Part shown: positions 48,097 to 61,572 of the stretch, piece by piece
How the letters are laid out: each line of letters starts with the position of its first letter
Position numbering within the stretch: the stretch's first letter is position 1
Assembly (NCBI GenBank): GCA_048128005.1
Contig: JBEUKZ010000123.1
Span: forward strand, 248,001 to 312,000
Length of the DNA: 64,000 bases
Direction: 5' to 3'
Origin: Veleropilina oligotropha
Lineage: Eukaryota
Made by a program: the position numbers and the translations under genes
Notes under the pieces: generated by a model
The model's input: the letters and a program-made list of their open reading frames with translations, nothing else
What the model was told of the DNA's origin: nothing
Databases searched by the model: none

Positions 48097-51000
48097 GTAT
48101 GGGTTGTGTCTCGCATGGTATTGATTTTAATCAAAGTGTCTAATTAATGTACTCTGGTTTGTATGTGATAAATGTCTTCATACACTCTTGGTGTTAGAAA
48201 ATTTTAATTTGATTATGAATTGTCATATTGTGTGTCAATGCTGTTTGTAATTTAAGAATTTGATGTCAGTATTATATGTCAATAGTATTATAATTAAATT
48301 TTAAATTTTCAGAAATTGATGATAGATGAAAAGAAATGCTACTTTTTTGGGCGTAACAAACAGTTGTGCGACTTCTGCATCGATCACCAGTCCTGTTCAC
48401 GGGTGCATGCAGCCTTAGTCTGGCATAAACATTTGTTCAGACCATTCTTAATCGACCTGGGAAGCAGTAAGTCTATCATACAAAATGTGATCATATAAGG
48501 TAGTACAGGATGTTATTTATTGTTCATTGTACGCTGTGAATACTTCTTGTCTCTGATTTAGAATTGTTCTCAATTAAATTGTACCGGCTGTGATTGCTTG
48601 GTATTGCAAGTAATGGCTTAATTGTATCCTCAGACAATAGTCGGGGACAGTATGGCTTAGTCATCATTCAACCGCTGCGTCCGCTACAGAGATTTCTTGT
48701 GCGTGATCTACAGACATGTTAACGTCCCTGATATCGTGCGGGTCAGAACCGCATTTTTTACCCATGGCACGCACACCCGCAACATGCCTCAAATGACCAG
48801 CAAAAAGAAAAATTCGGGAAAATAAATATTTATATTTTGTTGAGATTTTTTGTGAATAATGCAGTCATATATAAATGATAATAATTACTGATCAATTAAC
48901 TACTTTCTTGTGGTCAGTCGCCTGAGTAATTAGTCATGATTACCAGCAGCCCAGGACAGGGTTTGTTTTGCATCGCGATTATACAGCCAAAATTACGGTC
49001 GTGGAACAAAGGCGTTAATTAGCACCTAAGTCATACCTGTCAACTCTACCCGAATGACCGGTAGATTACTGAATTGCGACTTTGTTTACCGGACAAAATT
49101 ATCAGTCTTTTAATCTTCAGAAATCGCGACATTTTACCGATTGAGTTACTTGCTTTTTGACAAGGATGTACCCCAATTAACATCCCAATGTGGTAGATTT
49201 TAATAATTTAATACATAAATTATCCGTTAAATAAAAAATTTAGTCAACCCAACAGACGATAGGCAATTTACTATTTGGATTTATTTGACTATGGACGTAA
49301 AATGTGAAGACATAAAGATGGAGAAATCAACTGCGACAATGGCAGACAAACTTTTATTGAAAGTGGTTTATGTCAGCCTAATTGCTATATAAACTGACTG
49401 GGTAAATCATGAAGAAATGTTTTCTTATCCATGTGACTTCCTTTACTGACACCCAACTATTTAAATGGCGACAATTACCCTTTTCAATAGCTAAGCCTAT
49501 TAACACAAATGATTCTACTCAATAGAGTCAATTAATTTAAAACAAAAGAGTGTTCCATTTGTATGTTGTTACAATGCACATGCGGTCAGTATATTGTCTA
49601 AATAATATCAATACCGACAACTTGAAATTGATATTATCATTTGATACAAATATTGTTAAATAAATCTTCGTTGCATATCCCTGAACAGCGGCCGAGTCGA
49701 TTTCATCGAGTGTAGCTTAGAACATGCTGAAATGGGGCACAACGTTGCCAATATATGCCTATACTATCGAATGTCCACGTGGAGTGAGGCGGACTAAGTT
49801 TTGGCAAATAATTTATGGCATGAAACCCCATCTCCTGCGTTATAAATGCGCAAATACGATATTTATTACCAGCGATTTTTATTTTGTCACAGCGGGTTGT
49901 TCATAGGCCTGCCCTCCTACCCTCGTATTGGCTATACGTCATTGTTTATGCCACGTAGGTAGGCCTATGTTTGTCTGTTCTGATCTGACTTGGCTAAACC
50001 TGGTGATCCCAATTGAGATATGCCCCTGGATAATTGCTAACTATACCTGCTAAACCATGTCTTTTGTGTAATTCAACAGTTACTAGAGTAGTCAGGACCC
50101 CAGCCCCGATAGCTATTGTGTTATATCTCCATGTTCGCTACACAAATGTGTAATGCAACTTCTTTATTTACCAAATACTTTTTTAATGATAATAATCATT
50201 AAACATCAGATAACCTAATAACAAAGCTGTAATATACACAATTTTAGCACCGATTAGCTCTTCAGGGCTGATAAAATGCCATGATCTGATTGGCTAATAT
50301 GGATTTTCCTGGAGTGGTCTATTTACATTCGAATGAAAAATAATCTCGAGTCGGCTTATTATTTTCCCGAAAGTGAACCTACGAAGATGATCGGTACATT
50401 CCGGTAGCTTATTGCGAGTTACGAAAGGCGAAACACGAAGCTGATTTGGATCGCCATTGAATGTTGTCTTGGCCTAGTTAATTACTGACGAAGTATGAGC
50501 ATTGTGTTAGAATGAAAGACTTTACCGACAAATGGCTTTGTTTGCGAGTACAGTATTACTAAGCTTGCCGCAGAGTATTAAATTAGCCCGCATGTGTGAA
50601 TATGTGTTTTGAAAATTCTAAAGCTTAAAATTGAGACTCCAACATAATTATTTTGCGGTTTTCACCAGCCGATAAGTTCAGGTCTAACTTTACGGACCGC
50701 GGTGTGCCTCATTCCTAATGTACAACCGCAACACTTACGGAATTTCTGTTTATGATTAAATCTTATCATTTAGTTACCACGGAAGTAATAATAATAGTTT
50801 ATTCCATATTGCAGCCAAAGGCTGACGTATACAATAGTAAAAGACATAAAATATGACAACATAAATATGCATTAAGGTATAAGCAACATTTAAGATGTGT
50901 GATAAAAAGTAAAACTGCTTATTGGTAATTGTACGTGTAGGCAATATTTCACAAAGCTTTTTCGATAGCATTCAGTTTTCACTTTTAGCAGCGGATATTT

Positions 51001-54000
51001 CTTTGATTTGCTGGTGTTGTAGAGACTATCCGTAGGTTTTGGCACAAGGTAATTTAGTTTGTTTTCAGGTTTGCATATTTCTGCAAACATTTTTTTGGTG
51101 ATGTCTCGTTGTTCGTGTAGGCGTGATATGCCAGTGGCGATAATAGCGTCTTTATAGGATGCACCAGGGAGGATAATCCTAAGGGCCCGTTTCTGGAGGT
51201 TTTCAAAAGAGTCACTGAGGCCCTTAGTAAGTCCAGGATGCCAAACCTGGCAGGCATACTCCATTACTGGTCTGATGATGGTTCGATAGTACATCACTAG
51301 ATCGTTCTGTGATAGGCCATATCGTCGCAGCAGCTTCAGGAGGTACAATCGTGGTGACGTTTTGCTGCAGATGCTGTTGATGTGGCGAGTCCAGGTTAGG
51401 TCAACGCTCAGCCGTTCACCAAGAAGTTTGAATACTTCGACACGCTCAATAGCCGATCCATCCATAGTCAGCGGTGGGATGACTGAGGGGTGCATTTAAA
51501 ACTTATGACCATCTCCTTGGTCTTCTTGGAGTTAACGCGCATCATGTTGCACTCGGACCATACTGCACAGAGTCAGCTGCTTCTTGGAGGCAGCTGTTGG
51601 TTGATTGTTTAAAACCCTCGGACAGAGTAGTGTCATCTATATATTTGTGAGTGAGGATAAGCTGGTCGAGTTCCATGTCACTCAGGTATACAATGAAACA
51701 AAGTGGTCCCAGCCTCGAGCCTTGTGGCATCGCGCCATTCAGAGAAAGCCACTGAGATACCTCCCTGCCAAGCTTGAAACGCTGTTTGCGGTCGGAAAGG
51801 AAACTGCATAGCCACCTCACAAGCGTTGCTGGTACTTCGAGGTTAACGAATTTGGCTTTCAGTATATTATGATCAACAAGGTCGAAAGCCTTGCTATAGT
51901 CCAGGAACAAAATTCTCACATCATTGCCAGCATGTATGATTTCATGCCAGTGGTGCAACATGTCCAGGAGGGCGTGCGTTGTGGATAGGCCACGTAATCC
52001 TCCATACTGGCAAGGGTCTATTTTGTCTGCGAGTGACTCCATTATCCATCTTCCGATCAAAGACTCCAGAATCTTTGACAACACTGGTGTAAGTGAGATC
52101 AGTCTTATATCTGATTGAATCTACTTCGGCGTGCTAACCTTGGGGAGTGGAATGATATTGGCGCATTTCCAAAGAGCGGGAAGTTGCCCATCTCTAATGG
52201 AAGAATTGAATATGGCACACACTGGACCGGATAAGATAACGCATAGGTCACGCAAGATCCAGTTCGGGATTCCAACCAGACCGATTGATTTGAAAATCTT
52301 GATGCCCATAAGTTTTTTTTCGACATCCGACTGGGAGATGGTGTATTCCCCTGGGACTTCATCAATCGCTGGTGCAAGTTAAGGGTCGAGGGGGGTTGAG
52401 GTGGATAGAAACGGAGTGGAGAAACGTGTTCATATCCTCGACCATCTGACCAGTGTCACCGTCATACTGGTCATTTGATAAGCCCTGGAAATGATTGCCA
52501 CCCTTGGAGTGGCCGATGAGACTTTGTGTTCTCCTCCACCATAACCTTGGGTTGCTGTTTTTCAGGTGCTCTATTCGTCTCTGGTAATACTTTGAGCGTA
52601 GAGTTTTGCCAGTTCTGTTTACCAGGTTCCTGTAGTATCTGAATAGGACTGCATGGCCTTTGGTTAGTGCCTGTTGTCATGCTTGGATGAGGGATTTGTA
52701 TTTGTCTGTGACCCACGGTTTGTTGGAGGCATGTTTTACGATGGTCTTTGGTGGCAGATATTAGTCCAACAATCCCATCACTGTGGCATGGAAGAATTCA
52801 TACTGTTCCTGGCAGGTAACAAAACTGGAAACGAAAATTTGAAGATAATTTATCACAGCGGAATTCGACCCGATTTTATGAACAATTTAATTTCATCATC
52901 ATTGCTCAGCCTGTTATTATGTAATATTGAGAATGACATGTAGCCATACGATAAATTTATAATAGTCCTTTAGTTGTATAGTGATTATTGGACAAATGAG
53001 GAAAAGTAAAAGGCGTTAAATGTGCATCATTTATAGAATTTATAAACACTGGAGATCATAATTAATTATATTATTTCTTATATGTGAACATGTCTGCTGT
53101 AATTTTTCATATCGCACTGTTTTAGAAATATAAAATTAATTGTAGAGGCCTATAGTGAAAATATAATATTAATATTTAATATAATAAACAATATATAATT
53201 TATTTCATATTTAATTCTGTATACAATACATAATACACATAGCCACATTAAAAGTACACACAAACAATAAACAAATTTATTCCGCGACATGTATCGTTAT
53301 GTCGCGATTAAATATGACTTTCACGACAAAATATACTTGACACCATAAATAAAATAGTATGGCTAGTATGTTACCTTATAACACTACCATTCAATGACAG
53401 TGACAAACGTTTCTTCTGCGGTTGAGAGCCATGGCCAGGAAAGACAACTTTAGCTTCTGTTATGTATAGATATTACTGAAACAAGGTAATATATAACGAT
53501 GTATTTATCAAATTTGAACAAACGAATAAAGCAAAATCTCCAGCAAAAAGTTCCCCCAAAAGCACCTAAAATCTCCACCAACAATTGCTAATCTCCCCCA
53601 ATTTTCCATATGATCACCAGCGAGCTCCCCATCAGAGATTAACACCTATGGATCTTCAGTGAAAAGTGCTAATACGATATGATTCCAATTCGATGTGCGC
53701 ATTAGTTATGATGAAGACTCGCCGCGTAACGATTTCGTCATTATCGGATTTAAGGTGGCTGCTATGATTGCCATTTTGTATGAAAGATTTCTTTTAAGCA
53801 CTCTACGGTGAACAATGCTTATCCGATTTGATTCAAAGTATGCACATCAGTTATGATGAGAACACGCCACCTAAAGATTTTTGTCGTTTTCGGATCCAAG
53901 ATGACCATTTTGTTTGACGAGTTATAATCCGATTTGATTCATATTTGGTATGCACGTTAGTTATGATGAGGACACGCTTACTAAAGATTTTCGTCTTTTC

Positions 54001-57000
54001 CTGTTTCAAGATGGCTGCCATGGGAGAAGTTACACCCCCTCGACTTGGAGGGTCGAGGAATCGGTAGTTTCAGAGCTAATAGTGACTGTCACCCATAACT
54101 GGTTGGGTGCCAATGAATATTTCAGTGTTTTACATCACAATTTGAAATTGCAGATAAAGGGCCACATTTCATACTCATTACTGTTATTATCTTGAGTAGT
54201 TTACATTGCTTTAATTAGTATTAAAGTTATGGTTCATAGTGAATTAATTTATTTATCTTTGCACAGCGCATGGAACTTTCCTGGGACATATTCGACTGGA
54301 GTCCAAGAAACCACAGCAGATTCCGATTGACAGTGAGATCCACTTTGGCGCCTCTACCAGATTATATATAATCAGAGAGCGACCGCAACCTCTCACGGGT
54401 CCGCTCCAAGACGACAAGGAGAAGCGGGGGGATGACGTGGAGCGGGGGTTACTAGGGTTACCAGAGACCGAAATGGAGCTGGACGTAAGTTTCGTCTTCA
54501 GCTAGTTTGGGATTTGTGGTGTTTGTTGCTGTTTCATTTGATCGCTTGATTAAAAATTGCTGTTTCATTTGATCGCTTCATTAAAATTGTGGTGGTTTGA
54601 TAAAGAACTTTCAAGCATATGATTGAAAACTAATAAAAGCAGAATCTCTGCCAGATTTGTAACATCGCTTTTTTGCATAGAAGATGATCCACTATATTAA
54701 AAATTCTTGTTTATTTTCTGACTGCTGTGATTCACAGGGTTGGGTTTGGATCTTCATCACAGTTGACATAACTGTCTTGAGCCCAATAGTCGTCACTGGA
54801 TAATCCAGGCTCTCCCACGCTAATCCAGGCTATGGTCCCACGATAATCCAAGCTCTTCTACCATGATAATCCAGGCTCTCCTACCATGATAATCCAGGAT
54901 ATCCTTCCACTATAATCCATGATATCCTTCCACGATAATGCAGGCTCTCATCTCACGATAATCCAGGCTCTCATCTCATGATAATCCAGGCTCTCCCATG
55001 ATAATCCAGGCTCTCGTTCCACGATAATCCAGGCTCTCATCTCATGATAATCCAGGCTCTCCTTCCATGATAATACAGGCTCTCCTTCCACGATAATACA
55101 GGCTCTCATCTCACGATAATAATAAAATGACCACAGTTGTTACAATGAGACAAAAAACACAAAATATGCAAAAAAGCAAAACACATTTTATATTCATTAC
55201 AGATTTTTTTCAAACGTGAAAATTTTGTATGGTTGATGTACTTTCAGAATTTGACAGAGTTCAACACTGCCCACAATCGTCGGATCGCATCAATAGTGGA
55301 ACGTGGGGATGGACCAGTGGTCAATCTGCTGAAAAGAAAAAGAAAAAGCGAACATGTTCTTTTTAATGATGATGATGAGGTTATTAATCCTGGTATGTGT
55401 TTCTATAAATCACTGTGATGATATTTCGGTGCTATGAGGTTATTAATCCGGGTATGTGTTTCTATAAATCACTGTGATGATATTTCGGTGCTCTTTCGGT
55501 ACTTCCCCACAGATCCGTCTTTTATACATATTTAAGGAGCTCTGGCTTGTATTCGTCTTAAATTTTCACACTCCGCGTATTATCTGCCTGCACGTGATGA
55601 GTACGTAGTTGTATTGGCTTTACAAACGTATATACACCGGACCGCCCCGTGAGCCTGGACTGACCGAGGTTCACCTGTTGCTATTCCCATGGATTTAACA
55701 TTAACGACTCGTCGAAAGTCGTGCTTTTATCGGAGATGAAAAACCGGATTTCCAAAGTTGAGTAAAAGCCGGAGCTGTGGGGAAGTACCGAAAAAGCGCC
55801 GATATTTCTTCTCAAACGCGAGGCCGCTTCGACAGTCGTGTGGTGCGAACAGTAGTGGGTTCAAACCTCGGCAGGGGCATCACACATTTGTTCAAGTTAT
55901 GAATCACATTTGTCCGTAAATGGTCGGAGAGGCCAGATTTCCCGGGTGACCGAGCTTTCCTCCGCGATAATATGGACATGTCCTGCTTTGAACCAAATGA
56001 TGGTTGGAAATATACAGGACATTAAGCATCAATCCTTTCCTTCTCAAACGCTACAAATTTATTGTTTCTATCAGTCAAGAGTTTTATCCTTCTTCACTTA
56101 GTTATCAATATTCTCAATGCTATATCGGTTGGTTGCCTCCCTGGCACAATGGTACGAGTATACATACCTCTCATTTCACTCACACCGACTGAGGTGTAGG
56201 TCTTCTCCACGGCACAGTTGCAAGAATGCAGCTCTCAACATACACTGATTTATATCTCACGATAGTCCATAATCAGCAGAAGTAAATGGGTTTTACGGAT
56301 ATCCAGGGGTTTCCTCACGCGATAAAATGAGTTGGTTCTAATAGATTAATGTAACACAAGGTGATTAAACTCAACTTCAAGTCAATATGAAAGTGTATCC
56401 TGTTGTTGTTGAATGGTTGACTTATGTTACAAAGTGGAATTGTATCGGATGAGAATCGTTATATATACAGTCTATTTATTCCATATATACTAGTCTATTT
56501 ATTTGAATACAATTATGCTTTTTCAGAAGACATAGATCCATCAATAGGACGGTTTAGAAATTTGGTTCAGACAGCTGTCATACCATCAAAGGCAAGTCAT
56601 GTCCAATTATTGTTATGTTTTTGTTCCCATTGAAAGATACTGCTCTTATATATTTGCCATGCAGCTTGACGATTATATGTAATACATGTACTAAAAAACT
56701 CCATTTGACCAATACCATTAAATTTTGGAATTTCTCAGAATTCTGGCCTTTTTTTGTAAATATTTAGAATTTAGCAGACCTCTGTTCTAGTCTACTCAAA
56801 TTTGTAAGTGCACAAAATCATGTGTCGGAGCAAAACCCACCCAATGGCCTGTATATACAGTCTGAAAAATGATGTGAACAAAGCCCACCCAACGGCATGT
56901 ATATATAGTCTGCAAAATCATGTGAGCAAAACCTATGAGTATCAAGCAGCCAGTATGTATATTCAGTATATCATTTTATTTTTGGATAATTTACTTTCGT

Positions 57001-57353
57001 ATTTCGCCTTTCAGCGATCCCGTCTGGACAGCTCAGGTCACAGTGGTATATCACTTACTGAGAACATTACAAAGCGTTTACAGAGTTTCTCGTACACGAA
57101 TCCTTTGTATGGTGACTTGCCTGCCGCGGGTGCTGGGGGTGTCGTCGATACCCATACCATCGCTGCCAAGCTGGGGTTGCCCGTGCCGAACTTAGCACCA
57201 AGTGTCGAGGAAGACCTAGATATGTCTATAGCAATAAATCCTGCACAGTCATTAGTATTCGCTGTCGAGGAGACGCAACGGGAGCCGAAGAAAAAGAAGT
57301 ATGCCAAGGAAGCGTGGCCCGGAAAGAAACCTGTGCCTTCGTTACTCGTATAG
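48036..57353 (+). CDS. PPP1R8: Nuclear inhibitor of protein phosphatase 1 (NIPP1); FHA domain, PP1-binding region, C-terminal RNA-binding tail; exon 1 uncertain
   Basis: Exons 48036-48096, 48313-48466, 54267-54484, 55248-55392, 56527-56591, 57015-57353 in consistent phase. Motifs AGKAAPGLHLDV, FGRN...DHQSCSRVHAAL, HGTFLG, NLTEFNTAHN, EDIDPSIGRFRNLVQT, KKKKYAKEAWPGKKP. Confidence 0.95.
48313..48466 (+). CDS. PPP1R8: PPP1R8 exon 3 (FHA)
   Basis: ttcag|KLMIDEKKCYFFGRNKQLCDFCIDHQSCSRVHAALVWHKHLFRPFLIDLGS|gtaag. Confidence 0.95.
50785..52810 (-). mobile_element. 5'-truncated, frameshifted non-LTR retrotransposon (CR1 group: L2/Crack/Daphne-like), antisense in PPP1R8 intron 3
   Basis: RT motifs WKCANIIPLPK, QYGG..GLSTTHAL, FLDYSKAFDLVDH, GAMPQGS, KYIDD in broken ORFs; 3' AATAAA followed by (TAT)n. 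Confidence 0.9.
54267..54484 (+). CDS. PPP1R8: PPP1R8 exon 4
   Basis: cacag|HGTFLGHIRLESKKPQQIPIDSEIHFGASTR...GLLGLPETEMELD|gtaag. Confidence 0.95.
54800..55120 (+). repeat. ~23-bp minisatellite
   Basis: GATAATCCAGGCTCTC(N)n repeated more than 12 times. Confidence 0.9.
55248..55392 (+). CDS. PPP1R8: PPP1R8 exon 5 (NLS and RVxF-type motif)
   Basis: tttcag|NLTEFNTAHNRRI...KRKRKSEHVLFNDDDEVINP|gtatg. Confidence 0.95.
55480..55805. mobile_element. Foldback MITE with ~42-bp imperfect TIRs
   Basis: TTTCGGTACTTCCCCACAG...CTGTGGGGAAGTACCGAAA. Confidence 0.7.
55821..56040 (+). mobile_element. SINE family A copy (diverged, internal deletion)
   Basis: Matches 19104-19362. Confidence 0.7.
56527..56591 (+). 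CDS. PPP1R8: PPP1R8 exon 6 (GC donor)
   Basis: tttcag|EDIDPSIGRFRNLVQTAVIPSK|gcaagt. Confidence 0.92.
57015..57353 (+). CDS. PPP1R8: PPP1R8 terminal exon
   Basis: tttcag|RSRLD...LYGDLP...PNLAP...EPKKKKYAKEAWPGKKPVPSLLV*. Confidence 0.95.
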   Translation, partial: RSRLDSSGHSGISLTENITKRLQSFSYTNPLYGDLPAAGAGGVVDTHTIAAKLGLPVPNLAPSVEEDLDMSIAINPAQSLVFAVEETQREPKKKKYAKEAWPGKKPVPSLLV

Positions 57354-57589
57354 CCACAAGTTTTTATATTGACATCATAGACAGCAGAGAGGCATGCAGG
57401 AAAAATGTAGTCAATATGCAGGCAGCACAAAATGAAATAGCACATTCAGATTGATGTAGCCGATCCAGTGTCATGTGAGGGAGGCAATGCCATATAAACA
57501 TGGTTGGCTTTAACGTTTGTATCCTGAGGTATGCATGTGCGATTACATAATGTATTAAAAGTGTAGCTCATGACCGTGTGTTTGTTCAC

Positions 57590-58685
57590 GATATCCCCCA
57601 TACACCTGGACTGATTTCATTAGTATTTGGCTCCGTCAAGTCCGTCCGTACGAACTTGTTAGCGCGATATGTCAAAACTGAATGAACGGATTTCATTTAT
57701 TGTTGGTGGATAGATGCATTGGGGAATACCACCGACACCAGTCGATTATGGTGACCTAGACCTCATTTTCAAGGTCACAGGGTGCAGTTTACTTTTTCGC
57801 TCATTCAGTTGTTAGCGCGATATCTCAAGACAGAGTGTACCGATTACATTATATTTGGAGGATACCACCGACACCTGTCCATTATGGTGACCTTGACCTG
57901 ATTTTCAAGGTCGCAGAGTGCAGGCTACTATTTTACTCATTCAGTTGTTAGCGCGATATCTCAAGACAGAATAAACTGATTTAATTTATATGTGGTGGAT
58001 AGATGCCTTTGGAGATACCGCCAACACCATTCGATTATGGTGACCTTGACCTCATTTTCAAGGTTACAGGGTGCATTTATTATTTTGCTCATTCAATTGT
58101 TGTTAGTGCGATATCTCAAGAAGTATGTTTGTGAATGGATACATTGGGGGATACTGGTGACACCAGGCGATTATGGTGACCTTGACCTCATTTTCAAGGT
58201 CATAGGGTGCACTTGACTATTTTGCCCATTCAATTGTTGTTAGTGTGATATCTGAAAACAGAACTAACCAATTTCATTTATATTTGATTGATGGATACAT
58301 TGGGGATTCCGGCGACACCATTCGATTATGGTGACTTTGACCTTCATTTCAAGGACACTTTACTATTTTGCTCTTTCAATTGTTGTTAGCGCAATATTTC
58401 AACATATTTTTAATCAATTTAATTTATATTTGGTGGATGGATACATTGAGGTAGTTTGGCGACACCAGTCAATTATGGTGACCTTGACCGCATTTTCAAA
58501 GTCACAGGATGCGCTTTACCATTTCGCTAATGCAGATGTTGTTAGCGTGATATCTCGAGACAGAATGCACTTATTCATATTTCCTGTCACAGAAGGATCT
58601 TTATCGATACGTTCAGTTTGGCATCATCGATGCGCTCAATAACATTGGCGGGAGATTATTGCCACTTGAGCGGCAAACACTTGTT
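57590..58685 (+). mobile_element. HINE-like element with 120-150-bp tandem units downstream of the PPP1R8 stop
   Basis: CCGTCCGT, repeated ATTATGGTGACCTTGACC units, 3' GGCGGGAGAT...TTGCCACTTGAGCGGCAA...CTTGTT. Confidence 0.7.
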
Positions 58686-61572
58686 GAAATTTGGTATGGT
58701 GACTTAGGCTATATTCGATTACATCGAAACTGGTTTCAGTTTCCGAAACTGGTTTCATTTTCAAAATAGTATCATAAAGAAATCAAAATAGCGTATAAGC
58801 CGCCATTTTGCAATTAACTTGATTGTTAAGTTTCACTACTTAGTACTAAATCCATCTTCAGAGGAGGGTTTCAATAGTTCCCATAACCGATTCATTTTTG
58901 CGGTAATGGAATGTATATTTTCACAAAATCGGTTATAGGTTTGATATAATCGAATGACATTTGTTTCGGGGTTTCCAAAATCGGTTTCAGTTTTCTCATA
59001 AATGAATGGATAGTTTCGGAAACCAGTTTCTGTTTTGTTGTAATCAAATAGAGTGCAATTTTCAAAATTTGATCTTGGGGCTGGGATGTAACTGTAAATT
59101 CAAAGGGAGATAATTGTAAATTTGAAACGCACAAAGAATAGGTGGTGTCTGAGAATTTGTTGAATTTAGGCATGTGACGTCTTATGAAGCAAGTAAATTA
59201 TATACCCTAGCTGGTGGAGAACTGTTGCATATTTACTTGTCAAATTTCTTATGTTTTCTACATATGCAAAGTATTATACGTAACATGAGTTTAATTTGTA
59301 AAAATATTTTATGCCAAACTTTATTGTGTCACTTTTTGGGGTCTGAATTTTTTGTTTTTATCGTTCATTTGTAAATAAATATATATTCTTCATTCAACAA
59401 TCTGTACTGGTAATAAATCATGCTGTCAAACATCAACTACACTATTTCACTTTTCTGTCTGTATGCTTTATAGTTATACATGCACAAACAACCCTTATAG
59501 GAGCCTCCCATTGGATGACTTGATTTCATTTTAATCAGTTTTGAACAGTTTTAATCATTTTTCGGTTTTATCTGTAAATGAGGCATGTATTAACAACTCT
59601 ATCCTATAGACGGAAACTGTGTGTAATGAATACGGTGTGTAATGAATGTGGCGTATAACGGTGCAAAATTCACGGTACCGCCGGGAATCGAGCTCGGGTA
59701 ACTAGGAACGTAGTTCAGCATCATTACCACTCAGCAATGCACAAGAAGCTTCAGTTGACAGATAGAGCCAGCAATATGGATCTATCATATTTTTAATTGT
59801 CCCCCTTCCAATGAATGACCACCTTTTTTTTCCGCAAAAAACATTTTACCTACATTACCAACCACTAAATATAGCATGTCAAAGTTTTGTGAAACTTTTA
59901 TTTGATAAGGAAGATTATATCAAAATCGATCATCTGTAGCTAGGCTTAATGGTCACAGGTGGCAATAACTGGTTGGAGCAGACTTTCCTCTCATGGTAAT
60001 ATGACAAAAGTTGTCACAATGAGACAATAAATATGAAACAAATACTTCATCTCTGTGTGCTCCTCAGTGTTTCTGTTCTGTAATGTTGGCATTGATTTCT
60101 GTCTCATATCTTATATGACCTGGAATAAATATATATACCATGTTTCATAAAGTCATACACTCATTACATATTTTCGTTGTGAATAGTAATTATTACAATC
60201 ACTGCCATTTGGCTATTACATTTTGGAGAGTGTGTAGAGAGGAGTGTGTTTGATTTATCGGTTGGATACTGTGTGGAGTTGACTGTCATTGTTGATGTGT
60301 ATACCACTAAACGTACAGCGTACTATTGACAACTTTATTAATATTGCGTTGTATAATAAGACATAATTCCAGGCACAAAGAGCATTGTGTAGTAGCATGT
60401 AACTGTCTATATCTCCAGCACAAATACATTTTGAAAATGGCAATGCTTTTCAAACAAGAATCTGTAGAATTGTCATTGTTAAGTGGGTACCATCTCCATA
60501 AGTGACTGTCCGTCCTCCATCAAAATACGTTTTCAATCAACTGCCCACCTTATGCAACTGTGATGCGATTTTTACCTGCGTCTAGCAGGGTCAATGAATG
60601 GTACATGTTGTTCTTCTTGGGGGGAAGACAATTTTGAAATGATTTCAACCAGATCTTCCACCTTTTAGGCGACTTCGACAACAAGCCAATTTGAAAAAAG
60701 TGCATGACCACTTGATGTATGAATTGAGAGATGCTGCCTAACAGAATAGCAAATTACCATGACAGCCTCTTTGATGAATAAATATTAAATCATACAGAAA
60801 CGTGGTCTGTATTATATGTATCACACATGTTTCACAGTAGTAAAAGAGGTATAACAGTTTAACATTTTAAGATTTTGCATACTTTATTAAATTATAATTA
60901 ATCAACTTTATTATAATTAACTAAGTCTGTCAAAGGGGCGTAACTCTTGAAAACCAATTTGTGAATTCTATGAAATCATACAGAAACATGGTCTGTATTA
61001 TATGTATCACACATGTTTCACAGTAGAAATTTTGCTTATGACGCAGGTTATTGCACACATTCTGTGCTTGTTTTGCAATCAGTTTGAATGACAGCGTGTT
61101 AGAAAACGAAAGGTGTGTGATCTCAACTTTTAGTGTCTTTTTCCATGAAAGATCGGATCTAAATTATCCATTGATCTTTCCAGTAATAAAAATCGCAAAA
61201 CGTTGGTTTTGATTTGGAATGGACGAACAGCCAGACGCACGAACAGAGTCTCCTCTGTAGGCGGTGACCACCTAAAATCACATGATATACAAAAGGAAAT
61301 TACTGACCTTATTGGTCAAGATGACATTGCCAATATGGGTGAAATACTTGACGAAGTTACATAGAGATATACCCATGTATTCGTTTTGTGGACAGTGATG
61401 ATAGCGTTTGTCGAGTTCATTATCAATTCTGTGCCAAAGTAGGGAATCTATGTCACACAAGATCCTTATCTTATTAACTTTAGTCTTAAGAGGTCAAATT
61501 TATGTTAAGTGCCATGTCCAGTTAAAATACAGGTATTGAAACGCGTAATACTATGCAAGAAGAGGCACCGCC

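Noticed and set aside
50785..50830. LINE as the partner of SINE family B (both end in (TAT)n)
   Set aside because: Sequence upstream of the tails does not match, so there is no shared 3' end.
54800..55120. CRISPR-like short repeats
   Set aside because: Head-to-tail minisatellite with no unique spacers, in a eukaryotic intron, with no cas genes.
57038..57445. 135-aa minus-strand ORF; likewise 25829-26197 and 62092-62538 on the plus strand
   Set aside because: Antisense shadows of real coding or transposase sequence.
60787..61026. 54-bp direct repeat spaced ~186 bp; also a short tandem at 63895-63947
   Set aside because: Ordinary local duplications or decayed tandem units with no further structure visible.
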